From assembly GCA_030652805.1 (NCBI GenBank), contig JAUSPT010000024.1, forward strand, positions 3,841 to 67,840: DNA of 64,000 nucleotides, written 5' to 3'. The translations under genes and the position numbers were made by a program. Every line of letters starts with the position of its first letter. Position 1 is the first letter of the stretch. Positions 41,483 through 51,461 of the stretch are shown here, in pieces. The stretch comes from a bacterium (GTDB lineage Bacteria; JAHJDO01). The notes below the pieces were generated by a model, which worked only from the letters and a program-made list of their open reading frames with translations, was not told the origin of the DNA and made no database searches.

Positions 41483-42622
41483 ATGGATTTTAGTTTAACA
41501 GAAGAACAGCAGATGATGCTTGAGGAAGTTAAGAAAGTTTGTAAAGAAAAAATAGCTCCAAGAGCAGAGGAGGTTGACGAAAAAGGTGAATTCCCGAAAG
41601 AGAACATTGATCTTTTGGCCAATATGGATTTACTTGGGCTTGTTATCCCTGAGGAATATGGCGGTCTTGGCATGGGTTTTTTAACATGGGCTCTTGTTGC
41701 TGAGGAGATTTCAAAAGCATGTGGAACAACAGGTCTTATTTTTGGAGCTAATTTGCTTTGTGTGTATCCACTGATGACTTTTGGCACAGAAGAGCAAAAG
41801 AAAAAATATCTGCCGTCTCTGGCAAAGGATAAGCTCGCAGCGTTTGCTCTCACTGAGCCGGAAGCAGGCTCTGACGCTGGAAACGTCAAGACAACCGCAA
41901 AGCTTGAAGGAGATCAATATATAATAAATGGCAGAAAGATCTTTAATACGAATGGTGGAGAAGCAAGCATCTATATTATTATTGCAAGTACACATCCGGC
42001 TCAGGGGCCTCGCGGTCTGAGTGCGTTCATAGTCGAGGAAGACACTCCTGGATTTACAATAGGGCAAAAGTTTAACAAGATGGGGTTCAGTGCACTTCCG
42101 AATGTAGAACTTGTTTTTGATGATTGTAAGGTGCCAAAAGAAAATCTATTATTAAAAGAAAGACGTGGTTTTCGAGTTGCAATGGAAACATTTGATGCAG
42201 GCAGAATCGGAGTTGGCATAGGCGCGCTTGGCATTGCTGAGGCAGCGTTCGAAGCCGCTCTCAAATACGCAAAGGAAAGAGTGCAATTTGGAAAGCCGAT
42301 AGCCTCTTTTCAGGCGATTCAACATATTTTGGCTGATATGGCAACAGAGATTGAGGCAGTAAAATTGATACTTTATAAATCAGCATGGCTTAAGGACCAG
42401 AATCAGCCTTTTGAAAAATATGCTTCAATGGGAAAACTAAAGGCTTCAGAAGTTGCTATGCACGTATCTACAAAAGCTGTGCAGGTTTTTGGCGGATACG
42501 GATATATGAAGGAATATCCTGTGCAGAGGTATATGAGAGAAGCCAAACTGTTTGAAATAATAGAAGGCACCTCTGAAATCCAACGCAGTGTTATTGCAAA
42601 CTTTTTATTAAAGGGACGTTAA
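41483..42622 (+). CDS. Acyl-CoA dehydrogenase (short-chain/butyryl-CoA dehydrogenase-like)
   Basis: ACAD N-, middle- and C-terminal domain blocks (ALTEPEAGSDAG, catalytic Glu region EIIEGTSEIQR). 379 aa. Confidence 0.85.
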   Translation: MDFSLTEEQQMMLEEVKKVCKEKIAPRAEEVDEKGEFPKENIDLLANMDLLGLVIPEEYGGLGMGFLTWALVAEEISKACGTTGLIFGANLLCVYPLMTFGTEEQKKKYLPSLAKDKLAAFALTEPEAGSDAGNVKTTAKLEGDQYIINGRKIFNTNGGEASIYIIIASTHPAQGPRGLSAFIVEEDTPGFTIGQKFNKMGFSALPNVELVFDDCKVPKENLLLKERRGFRVAMETFDAGRIGVGIGALGIAEAAFEAALKYAKERVQFGKPIASFQAIQHILADMATEIEAVKLILYKSAWLKDQNQPFEKYASMGKLKASEVAMHVSTKAVQVFGGYGYMKEYPVQRYMREAKLFEIIEGTSEIQRSVIANFLLKGR

Positions 42623-42625
42623 ATC

Positions 42626-43417
42626 ATGCAGTTCATTGTTTGTATAAAACAAGTTCCTGATACTGAAGAGATAAACAATGTTAAAATAGATTCCCAGACA
42701 AACACAATGATTAGAGAAGGGATAAAGAATGTTATAAATCCCTTTGATGAGAACGCAATTGAGGAAGCTCTTAAGTTAAGAGAAAAATATGGAGGCAAGG
42801 TCACTGTTATCAGCATGGGGCCTCCACAGGTAGAGGCTGCGCTTAAATCTGCTCTGGCAATGGGTGCAGATGAAGCGATACTTATTTGCGATAGAGCATT
42901 TGCTGGTTCAGATACACTTGCTACATCATACACATTGGCTCAAGCCATAAATAAAATAGGGAAGTTTGACATTGTATTATTTGGTAAACAGGCTATAGAT
43001 GGTGATACTGCCCAGGTTGGACCTGGTGTTGCAGAACAGCTCGGTATAGCGCAAATAACATATGCCCGAAAAATAGAGATTAATGACAATATATTAAGGG
43101 CTGAGAGAGCATTAGAGAATTCTTTTGAGGTTGTAGAGGTAAAGCTTCCATGCGCGGTGACAGTTACAAAAGAGATTAATGAACCACGTTATGCTTCGAT
43201 GAAGGGGCTTCTTATGGCAAGGAAAAAGCAGATTCATGTTTGGAGCGCTGAGGACTTGGATGTTGATAAGGACAAGATAGGGCTGGATGGTTCTCCTACT
43301 CAGGTAGTTAAAATATTCACTCCACAGACAAAACATGAAGGTGAAATTCTGGATGGGACATCTTCAGAAGTTGTAGATAAACTTGTTTCAAAATTAACAG
43401 AACATAAGCTTTTCTAA
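42626..43417 (+). CDS. etfB: Electron transfer flavoprotein beta subunit
   Basis: MQFIVCIKQVPDT N-terminus and GADEAIL...DTLATSY blocks, directly after the acyl-CoA dehydrogenase gene. No etfA follows. Confidence 0.85.
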   Translation: MQFIVCIKQVPDTEEINNVKIDSQTNTMIREGIKNVINPFDENAIEEALKLREKYGGKVTVISMGPPQVEAALKSALAMGADEAILICDRAFAGSDTLATSYTLAQAINKIGKFDIVLFGKQAIDGDTAQVGPGVAEQLGIAQITYARKIEINDNILRAERALENSFEVVEVKLPCAVTVTKEINEPRYASMKGLLMARKKQIHVWSAEDLDVDKDKIGLDGSPTQVVKIFTPQTKHEGEILDGTSSEVVDKLVSKLTEHKLF

Positions 43418-43439
43418 TCTTTTATCCTCAAACTAACAT

Positions 43440-43513
43440 GTGCCTGTAGCTCAGTTGGATAGAGCGTTGGGTTGCGGACCCAAAGGTCGGAGGTTCAAAT
43501 CCTCTCAGGCATG
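43440..43513 (+). tRNA. tRNA-Arg (anticodon GCG as read by manual folding)
   Basis: Cloverleaf folded by hand: acceptor GTGCCTG/CAGGCAT, D-arm GCTC-AGTTGGATA-GAGC, anticodon stem TTGGG/CCCAA with loop TTGCGGA, T-arm GGAGG-TTCAAAT-CCTCT. CCA is not encoded. Confidence 0.75.
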
Positions 43514-43520
43514 CCGCAAT

Positions 43521-43607
43521 GGAGAGATCGCGTAGCCTGGCTTAGCGCGCACGCTTGGAAAGCGTGTAACCTGAAAGGGTTCGAGGGTTCAAATCCCTCT
43601 CTCTCCG
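43521..43607 (+). tRNA. tRNA-Ser (anticodon GGA), long variable arm
   Basis: Acceptor GGAGAGA/TCTCTCC, 3-bp D-stem, anticodon loop TTGGAAA, long extra arm, T-arm GAGGG-TTCAAAT-CCCTC. Discriminator G. Confidence 0.8.
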
Positions 43608-43627
43608 CCGGTTTCTTTCAGCTTCTT

Positions 43628-45553
43628 TCATTCACGGTGCCTTTTTCCAAGAAGCATAATATCTCGTAGTCCTTCGATACTTTTAGCATGTAACCAGTCT
43701 TTGTCAAAGTTTGCATCTTGAGTAATTTGTGCAATTGCTGATAAAGCGCGCAGATGAAAATTCCTTTCATCACGTGTGCCAACTAATATGAATACAGCAT
43801 AAACAGGAGTTGACGATTCTATAAAGTTAATGCCAGCTTCACATCTTACTATAACCAGTTCGAATTTGTGCTTGCCGTCAATAATTATATGTGGAATTGC
43901 CAATCCTGGCTTTATTACTGTTGTTGAAGTTTTCTCCCGCGCAATTAAAGAATCGAGCACTTGCTTTGCGTCCATGTTTAATCTGCTAGCGAGTTTTTCT
44001 GCAATAATTGCGAAGAATTCTTTAAGTGTAACTTGTTTTGTTATATCAATTACTTTGCATCTTTTTACTAATTCGTCAAATCTGTCTTCTATTATTTTGT
44101 CCCGTTCTTTTAGAACTTCGCGTAGCTCAGCTCCTAATGAATCACCTGCAATCTCTTTGGCAGTTATACGCTCAACAATATGTATTAGAGCGGACTTGCG
44201 CATGGATATCTTGCGAACATAAATCCTATGCCATAAAATACAGGAAAGGATAAAGCTTCCCGTTCCAAGGATTGCTATAGTTCCCATCTTATATATTAGA
44301 AACCCATAACAGATGATTCCTGCTATTTGTAACCAGGGATACAATGGCGAGCGGAATGTTGGCTTATAATTCAGAATTTTGCTTTCACGCATAACAATGC
44401 ATGCTAGGAACGCAAATATAAATAATACGAGCTGCATGGTGGAGGCTACTTTTACAAGATTTTCAAGATTTAGAAAAAGCATCACTATTATCATGAAAAT
44501 TCCTGTAAATATTATAGAAAAATGTGGTGTGTTAGATCGTTTGTTTATGTTTGCAAGAAATCCTGGCAGAAGATGATCACGACTCATTGCCATAGGAAAA
44601 CGTGATGCAGCCAGTATACCCGCGTTGGCAGTAGTAATAAAAGCAAGTATTGCAGCGATTGCCATAACCAAGCTGCCAATTTTACCAAATATTTTATATC
44701 CCCCAGTTGATATTGGAGTCAGGGAATGCGCCAGTTCATGCTTGTCGAGCAAGCCCACTGTTACAAAAATTGCTAAACCATAAAGAAGCAGTACAACGCA
44801 AAATGCCAGTATCATTCCGTACGGGATGTTCTTTGTTGGATTCTTTACCTCTTCTGCAACACTTGCAACCTTTGTCAATCCACAAAACGATATAAAGACC
44901 ATACCGGCTGCTGCAAACAGCGCGTGCTTGTCAGACAGCATAAAAGGAGTGTATCTGTTGACATCAATAAACATTGTTCCGCGAGATATATATAAAACCA
45001 ATAAACCGATGAGCAGAATTACAAAGAAAACCTGAAACCTTCCTGTGAATTTAACGCTTGTCAGGTTGAGAATTATAAAAAACACACAGAATCCTACAGC
45101 AATGAGTTTAATCTGCCAATCTGTGATATTTGGGTTGATCAATGTTGCAAATACACCAATGCCAACTAATGAGAACGCGCTTTTAAGACTGAGCGAAAAC
45201 CAACTGGCGAATCCACCCATTGTGCCTGCCGCTGAGCCCATACTTCGCTCAATAAAGAAGTAATCGCCGCCGGCTTTAGGCATAGCTGTAGTCAATTCAG
45301 CCTCAGAAAATAACGCTGGTAGAATGAGTATGCCTGCCAGAATATAGACTAGAATCACTGCTGGACCAACTTTAGCATAGATCAGTCCAGGAAGGATAAA
45401 CAGTCCTGAACTAATCATTGCGCCAGCAGCGATGCAAAATACGTCAATACCCCTCAGTTGGCGGATTAATCTTTTGCCTTGATTATTATGAGACATAATC
45501 TGTATATTATACTGCCAAATCTCATAATTGCGAGAACTTTTAGAAAAACGCAA
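43628..45553 (-). CDS. APC-superfamily amino-acid permease fused to a C-terminal PTS EIIA type-2 (PtsN/EIIA-Ntr-like) domain
   Basis: About 12 TM segments of amino-acid/polyamine/organocation permease type (GAMISSGLFILPG...). C-terminal ~150 aa carries the EIIA-2 active-site motif GLAIPHIIIDG (phosphorylatable His). 641 aa. Confidence 0.7.
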   Translation of the reverse strand: MRFSKSSRNYEIWQYNIQIMSHNNQGKRLIRQLRGIDVFCIAAGAMISSGLFILPGLIYAKVGPAVILVYILAGILILPALFSEAELTTAMPKAGGDYFFIERSMGSAAGTMGGFASWFSLSLKSAFSLVGIGVFATLINPNITDWQIKLIAVGFCVFFIILNLTSVKFTGRFQVFFVILLIGLLVLYISRGTMFIDVNRYTPFMLSDKHALFAAAGMVFISFCGLTKVASVAEEVKNPTKNIPYGMILAFCVVLLLYGLAIFVTVGLLDKHELAHSLTPISTGGYKIFGKIGSLVMAIAAILAFITTANAGILAASRFPMAMSRDHLLPGFLANINKRSNTPHFSIIFTGIFMIIVMLFLNLENLVKVASTMQLVLFIFAFLACIVMRESKILNYKPTFRSPLYPWLQIAGIICYGFLIYKMGTIAILGTGSFILSCILWHRIYVRKISMRKSALIHIVERITAKEIAGDSLGAELREVLKERDKIIEDRFDELVKRCKVIDITKQVTLKEFFAIIAEKLASRLNMDAKQVLDSLIAREKTSTTVIKPGLAIPHIIIDGKHKFELVIVRCEAGINFIESSTPVYAVFILVGTRDERNFHLRALSAIAQITQDANFDKDWLHAKSIEGLRDIMLLGKRHRE

Positions 45554-45632
45554 GATATTACAAATTAAGGCAATATAATTTGAGAAATATAGTTATGTTA
45601 AAGATACACTCTCTCAAAAAGGAGTATTAACT

Positions 45633-47327
45633 ATGATGACAGATTTAGAAATTGCACAAGCCGCAAAACTTAAACCAATTCAGGAGATTGCCAAAAATAT
45701 TGGGCTAAAAGATGATGAACTAGAATTGTATGGTAAGTACAAGGCAAAAATTATTCTTGAAGTCCAGGATAGGTTACATACACAATCAAATGGTAAGTAT
45801 ATTGATGTAACAGCCATTACTCCTACTCCTCTTGGTGAAGGAAAAACTGTTACAACTATTGGCCTGAGTATGGCACTCAACAGAATAGGCAAAAAGACAA
45901 TTACTGCAATAAGACAGCCTTCAATGGGTCCCACATTTGGAATTAAAGGTGGTGCAGCAGGCGGAGGATATTCACAAGTTGTACCTATGGAGGATTTCAA
46001 TCTTCATCTTACAGGGGATATACACGCTGTAGGAGTAGCTCATAACCTTCTTGCAGCATTTATTGACAACTCTCTTCAGAAAAAGAATCCATTAAATATA
46101 GATCCATTTAGTATTACATGGCGCCGTGTTGTTGATATCAGCGATAGAGCTCTGAGAAATATTGTAATAGGCCTGGGCGGCAAGATAGATGGAGTTCCTA
46201 GGGAAACCGGTTTTGATATAACTGTAGCTTCAGAAGTTATGGCAATCCTTGCTTTAACAACAGGCTTAAAAGATTTAAGGAAAAGGTTGGGCAGAATAGT
46301 AATTGGTTACACGAGAGATGAGGAGCCTGTAACAGCGGAAGATCTTAAATGCGCAGGCGCAATGACTGTTCTGATGAAAGACGCGATAAAGCCAACTTTA
46401 ATGCAGACATTAGAGAATACGCCTGTGTTTGTGCATGCAGGTCCATTTGCAAATATTGCACACGGCAATAGTTCTATACTGGCTGACAAAATAGGATTAA
46501 AACTTGCTGATTATGTAGTAACAGAGAGTGGATTTGGAGCAGATTGCGGAGCAGAAAAATTTCTTAACATCAAATGCCGTTATAGTAAACTAATTCCCGA
46601 TGCGGCTGTAATAGTATGTACTGTTAGGGCACTTAAGATGCACAGCGGTGATTTTACAGTTGTTGCTGGAAAACCGCTTGATGAGGGATTAATCAAAGAA
46701 AATCTGGATGCTATTGAGCGTGGAGCTTGTAATCTGGAGAAACATATTGAAAATATAAAATTGTTTGGAATTCCTGTAGTAGTTGCTGTGAATAGATTCA
46801 CTACTGATACAGATAAAGAAATAGAATTAATAAGAGAAATAGCTAAAGGGGCTGGCGCGGAAGATGCGGTTGAGAGTACTGTGTGGGCTGAAGGAGGTAA
46901 GGGAGGAGAAGAACTTGCAAAGAAAGTTGTTGAAGTTGCAGAGAAACCCAGTAATTTTAAATTTCTATATGATTTAGAACAATCAATAGAAGAGAAGATG
47001 ACTATCATTGCAAAAAAGATTTACGGAGCTGATGGGATAGATATTTCTCCTGTGGTTAGAAAGAAGATCCGTATGTATGAAAAAAATGGGCTTGATAAAC
47101 TACCTATCTGTATGGCAAAGACACATCTTTCACTTTCTCATGATCCAAAATTAAAGGGAAGACCAAAAGGTTTCACAGTTCCAATAAAAGACATTAGACT
47201 ATCTGCAGGAGCAGGTTTTCTTTACCCTCTACTTGGAGACATGCGAACAATGCCAGGACTTCCGACTACCCCTGCTGGTACAAAGGTAGATATTGACAGT
47301 ACAGGGAAAACTGTTGGATTGTTTTAA
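45633..47327 (+). CDS. fhs: Formate--tetrahydrofolate ligase
   Basis: Characteristic FTHFS N-terminus ([17 protein letters not shown]), P-loop [15 protein letters not shown], and the conserved C-terminus. 564 aa. Confidence 0.95.
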   Translation: MMTDLEIAQAAKLKPIQEIAKNIGLKDDELELYGKYKAKIILEVQDRLHTQSNGKYIDVTAITPTPLGEGKTVTTIGLSMALNRIGKKTITAIRQPSMGPTFGIKGGAAGGGYSQVVPMEDFNLHLTGDIHAVGVAHNLLAAFIDNSLQKKNPLNIDPFSITWRRVVDISDRALRNIVIGLGGKIDGVPRETGFDITVASEVMAILALTTGLKDLRKRLGRIVIGYTRDEEPVTAEDLKCAGAMTVLMKDAIKPTLMQTLENTPVFVHAGPFANIAHGNSSILADKIGLKLADYVVTESGFGADCGAEKFLNIKCRYSKLIPDAAVIVCTVRALKMHSGDFTVVAGKPLDEGLIKENLDAIERGACNLEKHIENIKLFGIPVVVAVNRFTTDTDKEIELIREIAKGAGAEDAVESTVWAEGGKGGEELAKKVVEVAEKPSNFKFLYDLEQSIEEKMTIIAKKIYGADGIDISPVVRKKIRMYEKNGLDKLPICMAKTHLSLSHDPKLKGRPKGFTVPIKDIRLSAGAGFLYPLLGDMRTMPGLPTTPAGTKVDIDSTGKTVGLF

Positions 47328-47417
47328 TAATTTGAAAAAAGGGCTTGTATTTTTTTTAAACTTAATTAGAATTAGATAAACGTTTGAAAAATTAACTTTG
47401 GAAGGAGGTGTAGAAAT

Positions 47418-47678
47418 ATGTGGAGTTTAATTGGAGGAATAGCTGCTATAGTACTTGGAGCTCTGGGATTAAAAATATGGTGGTTGCTTTTTCTGAAAGG
47501 TCTTGCTGCTACTGTTCCAGCAATATTAGTTCTTGGCGGCATAGCTGCTGTTGCTGCTGGTGTCAGTTCTATTAAAGATGATATTGCGGCTAAAAAGGAG
47601 AAGGAGGAAGAGAAGGAAAAGCCAGCTGCTGAGGAAGTAAAACCAGAGGAGAAAAAGGAAGAAGAGAAAAGCGAATAA
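47418..47678 (+). CDS. Small membrane protein with two hydrophobic helices and a Lys/Glu-rich C-terminal tail
   Basis: ORF with a strong RBS (GGAAGGAGGTG), followed by a clear terminator. No family recognised. Confidence 0.5.
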   Translation: MWSLIGGIAAIVLGALGLKIWWLLFLKGLAATVPAILVLGGIAAVAAGVSSIKDDIAAKKEKEEEKEKPAAEEVKPEEKKEEEKSE

Positions 47679-47697
47679 AAATTTTTTATATGGTTAA

Positions 47698-47745
47698 AGG
47701 GACAGAGTAAGTCACAGGACGTGTGATTTATCTGTCCCTTTTATT
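47698..47745 (+). terminator. Rho-independent terminator (AGGGACAGA ... TCTGTCCCT + TTTTATT)
   Basis: 9-bp perfect stem at 47698-47706 / 47731-47739, followed by a T-run. Confidence 0.6.
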
Positions 47746-47835
47746 GTGCTTGACATAGCATGCTGTAATTGATATGTTTCCCCTCGATATGTGTCCTGAT
47801 TTAGGGTAACTTACTTAATAGCATAGGAAGAAGTA

Positions 47836-49905
47836 ATGCAAATTGGAGATGTTAAAAAGATAAGAAATATCGGCATTATGGCTCATATTGATGCGGGTAA
47901 AACGACAACAACAGAAAGAATGCTATTCTTTGCAGGCAGGATACATCGCATAGGCGAAGTTCATGACGGGGCTGCTACAATGGACTGGATGGAACAGGAA
48001 AGAGAGAGGGGAATAACAATCACGTCTGCGGCCACAACATGTATCTGGCGTAAGCATCATATTAATATCATTGACACTCCAGGGCATGTAGATTTCACTG
48101 CAGAGGTAGAACGAAGTCTAAGGGTTTTAGATGGTGCAGTAGCAATATTTTGCGCAGTTGGCGGTGTAGAGCCGCAAACTGAAACTGTATGGAGGCAGTC
48201 GGAAAAATATAAAATTCCCAAGATTGTCTTTATTAATAAAATGGATAGAATTGGAGCAGATTTTTTTGCTGTACTTGAGATGATAGACAAGAAACTTGGA
48301 GTTAACTATGTGCCAATTCAGTTGCCTATTGGAAAGGAAGATAATTTTCATGGCATTATAGATATTGTGGAAGAAAAGGCATTTTTCTTCAATCCGGAAG
48401 ACGCTATGGAAGAGCCGAAAGAACGAGAAATTCCAGAAGACTATGTAAAGATGACGAAGAAATATAGAAATGAGCTAATAGAAAAACTTGCTGACACAGA
48501 TGACAGTCTCATGAATAAATATATTGAAAATCAGCCCATTACAATAGAGGAAATTAAGAATTCTCTTAACAAAGCAACTATAAAATCCGAGATATTCCCT
48601 GTGCTGTGCGGCGCAGCTTTCAAGAACAAGGGAGTCAGGAGGCTTATGGAAGCTGTTGTCGATTACCTGCCAAGTCCAGAAGAGGCCCCCCCTGTAGAAG
48701 TTATAGATAGTGATTCAGGAGAAAAGAGCCTGTTCAGTTTCGGAGAAAAAAAGGATTTATTGGGGCTCGCTTTTAAGATTGCTGTTGACCCTCATATTGG
48801 AAAACTTGTTTATTGCAGAATATATTCGGGTTCAATAAAACAAGGTGAATATGTTTTCAAGGCAGGGTCATCAAAGAAAGAAAGAATATCCCGTATTGTA
48901 AAGATGCACGCTAATAAAAAAGAAGCTGTGAATAGTCTCAGCGCAGGAGATATAGGAGCAATAATCGGGCCAATGAACATTACTACTGGAGATACAATAT
49001 GTAAACAAAATTCTAATCTTTTTCTCGAGAACATAGAATTTCCAACACCTGTAATTTCAGTGGCAATTGAAGCAAAGAACAAGATTGAGCAAGAGAAACT
49101 TTCGGATTCCATAAGAAAATTATCTAATGAGGACCCGACATTTAATTTCTTTTTTAATGAAGAGACATCCCAAACTATTCTTTCTGGTATGGGTGAACTG
49201 CATCTTGAGATCCTGGTAGATAGATTAAAGAGGGAGTTTAAAGTGTCTGCGAATGTAGGCAAGCCTAAAGTTGCTTTCAAGGAGACAATAACCAATATTC
49301 AGGAAGAAAAATACAAACATCAGAAGCAAACTGGTGGAAGAGGGCAATTTGCAGAAGTACACATAGAACTAATTCCTGCAAAGAGAGGTGAAGGGTTCGA
49401 ATTTATTAATGATATCAAGCAGGGAGCTATTCCAAGAGAATTTATTCCTGCTGTTGAAAAGGGCTGTATTGAGGCAATGGAAGCAGGAATTTTTGCGGGA
49501 TATCCTGTAATTGATGTAAAAGTAAGATTATTTGACGGAAGATTTCACGAAGTTGACTCTTCTGAAATAGCTTTTAAGGTAGCCGGGTACTATGCATTCA
49601 AAAGTGCGTTTATGAAGGCAGGTCCAAGGCTTGTTGAGCCGATTATGACAGTAGATATATCTACTCCGGAAGAGTATTTTGGTTCAATCATGTCTGATAT
49701 AACATCAAGAAGAGGTAAGATAATCCTGATAGAAAAAAAGGCTAAGAGCCAGTTAATAAAGGCTGAGGTTCCGCTTATGGAACTTTTCGGTTACGCTACA
49801 CAGCTGAGATCACTATCACAGGGACGAGCAACAGAGTCTATGCGGTTTGAAAGATATGACAAAGCTCCTCCGCATGTTGTCAGTAAAATAATAGAAGACA
49901 ATTAA
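47836..49905 (+). CDS. Elongation factor G paralog (EF-G2-like translational GTPase), stand-alone (not in an rpsL-rpsG-fusA context)
   Basis: G1 [10 protein letters not shown]3 DTPGH, G4 NKMD, and EF-G domains II-V. 689 aa. Confidence 0.85.
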   Translation: MQIGDVKKIRNIGIMAHIDAGKTTTTERMLFFAGRIHRIGEVHDGAATMDWMEQERERGITITSAATTCIWRKHHINIIDTPGHVDFTAEVERSLRVLDGAVAIFCAVGGVEPQTETVWRQSEKYKIPKIVFINKMDRIGADFFAVLEMIDKKLGVNYVPIQLPIGKEDNFHGIIDIVEEKAFFFNPEDAMEEPKEREIPEDYVKMTKKYRNELIEKLADTDDSLMNKYIENQPITIEEIKNSLNKATIKSEIFPVLCGAAFKNKGVRRLMEAVVDYLPSPEEAPPVEVIDSDSGEKSLFSFGEKKDLLGLAFKIAVDPHIGKLVYCRIYSGSIKQGEYVFKAGSSKKERISRIVKMHANKKEAVNSLSAGDIGAIIGPMNITTGDTICKQNSNLFLENIEFPTPVISVAIEAKNKIEQEKLSDSIRKLSNEDPTFNFFFNEETSQTILSGMGELHLEILVDRLKREFKVSANVGKPKVAFKETITNIQEEKYKHQKQTGGRGQFAEVHIELIPAKRGEGFEFINDIKQGAIPREFIPAVEKGCIEAMEAGIFAGYPVIDVKVRLFDGRFHEVDSSEIAFKVAGYYAFKSAFMKAGPRLVEPIMTVDISTPEEYFGSIMSDITSRRGKIILIEKKAKSQLIKAEVPLMELFGYATQLRSLSQGRATESMRFERYDKAPPHVVSKIIEDN

Positions 49906-49911
49906 ATTAAC

Positions 49912-49932
49912 GGGTCAAGCACGCTTGACCCC
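49912..49932. terminator. Hairpin (GGGTCAAG-CACG-CTTGACCC) between convergent EF-G and HD-domain genes; candidate bidirectional terminator
   Basis: Perfect 8-bp stem read in the sequence. T-rich on the minus-strand side only. Confidence 0.45.
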
Positions 49933-49934
49933 TA

Positions 49935-51386
49935 CTAGATATTTGTAGACAGAGCTTCCCTTGTTCTGAATATTTCTTCAAATGCTCTGACTAGTTTCTT
50001 TTTATGTCTATAGTCATGAGCGTATATCCTGCAGAGGTAGACTCTGGAAGGCACAAATTCAAATAGCTCCTTTAACGTTTCTTTCTGGACCTTTCCAGAC
50101 GCAAGCTCGTATAAGAAAATCTGTTTGTCTCCCATAGCCATGGGATTATCAGGCATTGGATCAAGGGCAGGAATATCTATGCGAAAATCTATCTTATCAG
50201 GAGAGAGGTTTTCCTTTATTTTCGCTTCCAATCTTTCAACATCTGAATAGAAAATATCTGCATAATTTTCTGTATCCTTTAATCTTTCAAATTTCTCATA
50301 AACCATTTTCCACTGCCTTTGTCTCATAAGAATCTTCTCCCATTCTCTGCCAAGCCGGCAGATACTTTGATTTAGGCTGTATTTCCATTTATCTACACTC
50401 GCAAACAATGACCATTCTGTAAGATATAAATAATCATTGAGATGATTTATAGGATTTTTATTTTCAAAGACCACTTTCATTGTTTCAGAGAATATATCCT
50501 TTAAACACAGATCTATGGACCTTGTAGCTCTGTGGTAATAAACAGCAGAATAAAGACTCAATCTGGCATTAACAAAATTGAGCAATGCTGTCTTCCCAGC
50601 TCCATGAAGCGTTAAACCTTTTGATGATATAAATGTATAGTGCAGAATGCGTTCAAGATCAATAATGCCTCTGGAAAAGCCTGTTATATACGAATCTCTT
50701 AATACATAGTCAAGATTATCTACAGTATATATTCCACTAAAAAGAGGTAGTAAGAATTTAAGCCACTTTGGGAAAGATGAGCGAGTTCTGTCTTTTTTAG
50801 GCTTTTCAATAAGAAAAGATATGTACAAAGGGTCAATAACCTCACCTTTAGCAAAATCTCCGGATGGACTTCTTTTGATTTTCTTTAATAATGAGGCTAG
50901 CTTTGCTTTTATTATTGTCTTTGATATTGTCTCATGGGAAACATTAAATTGTTTGAGATAATTGTCATCAAAAAAATGTCCGAATGGTCCATGCCCTATA
51001 TCATGAAGCAGGCCTGCAAGTCTCATCAGCTCTTCTAGGTAATTACTTGACGGGCAATCCGGACAGACTTTTTTTATTGACGGATATAGATGCAGGGCAA
51101 ACCTGCCTGCTACATGCATTGTTCCAAGTGAATGCTGAAATCTGCTGTGCTCAGCTGAAGGAAAAACCCAGAATGCGCTTTGAAGTTGATGTATGCGTCT
51201 GAGCCGCTGTACCCACGGATTATCAATAATATCACGTTCTGTAATCTCTGTTTTATCTTCCTCAGTTGGAGAAGTAAATTTGATGTAATTATGTATAGGG
51301 TCGCTTATTAGATCTATGCCTGAATAAAAAGAATCGTTTTCACCTAGCTCTTTTGTTTCCATTACCTGAGCCTCACATTTTATCAA
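49935..51386 (-). CDS. HD-domain phosphohydrolase of the dGTPase/SAMHD1-like family
   Basis: HSLGTMHVAGRF ... GLLHDIGHGPFGHFFD (H..HD...D metal-binding motif of dNTP triphosphohydrolases). 483 aa. Confidence 0.7.
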   Translation of the reverse strand: MIKCEAQVMETKELGENDSFYSGIDLISDPIHNYIKFTSPTEEDKTEITERDIIDNPWVQRLRRIHQLQSAFWVFPSAEHSRFQHSLGTMHVAGRFALHLYPSIKKVCPDCPSSNYLEELMRLAGLLHDIGHGPFGHFFDDNYLKQFNVSHETISKTIIKAKLASLLKKIKRSPSGDFAKGEVIDPLYISFLIEKPKKDRTRSSFPKWLKFLLPLFSGIYTVDNLDYVLRDSYITGFSRGIIDLERILHYTFISSKGLTLHGAGKTALLNFVNARLSLYSAVYYHRATRSIDLCLKDIFSETMKVVFENKNPINHLNDYLYLTEWSLFASVDKWKYSLNQSICRLGREWEKILMRQRQWKMVYEKFERLKDTENYADIFYSDVERLEAKIKENLSPDKIDFRIDIPALDPMPDNPMAMGDKQIFLYELASGKVQKETLKELFEFVPSRVYLCRIYAHDYRHKKKLVRAFEEIFRTREALSTNI

Positions 51387-51461
51387 TAGTTACTTTTCTA
51401 TTAGTATACAAACATTCCTTTGTGTGTCAATAATATCAGATGATCACGGATTTCCCAGTTT

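Noticed and set aside
41467-42264. Minus-strand ORFs of 140, 118 and 87 aa
   Set aside because: They are antisense within the acyl-CoA dehydrogenase gene, whose protein is recognisable over its full length; they are spurious.
43472-43669. 65-aa ORF in the ORF track
   Set aside because: It lies entirely across the tRNA-Arg and tRNA-Ser genes; it is a translation artefact of the structured RNA sequence.
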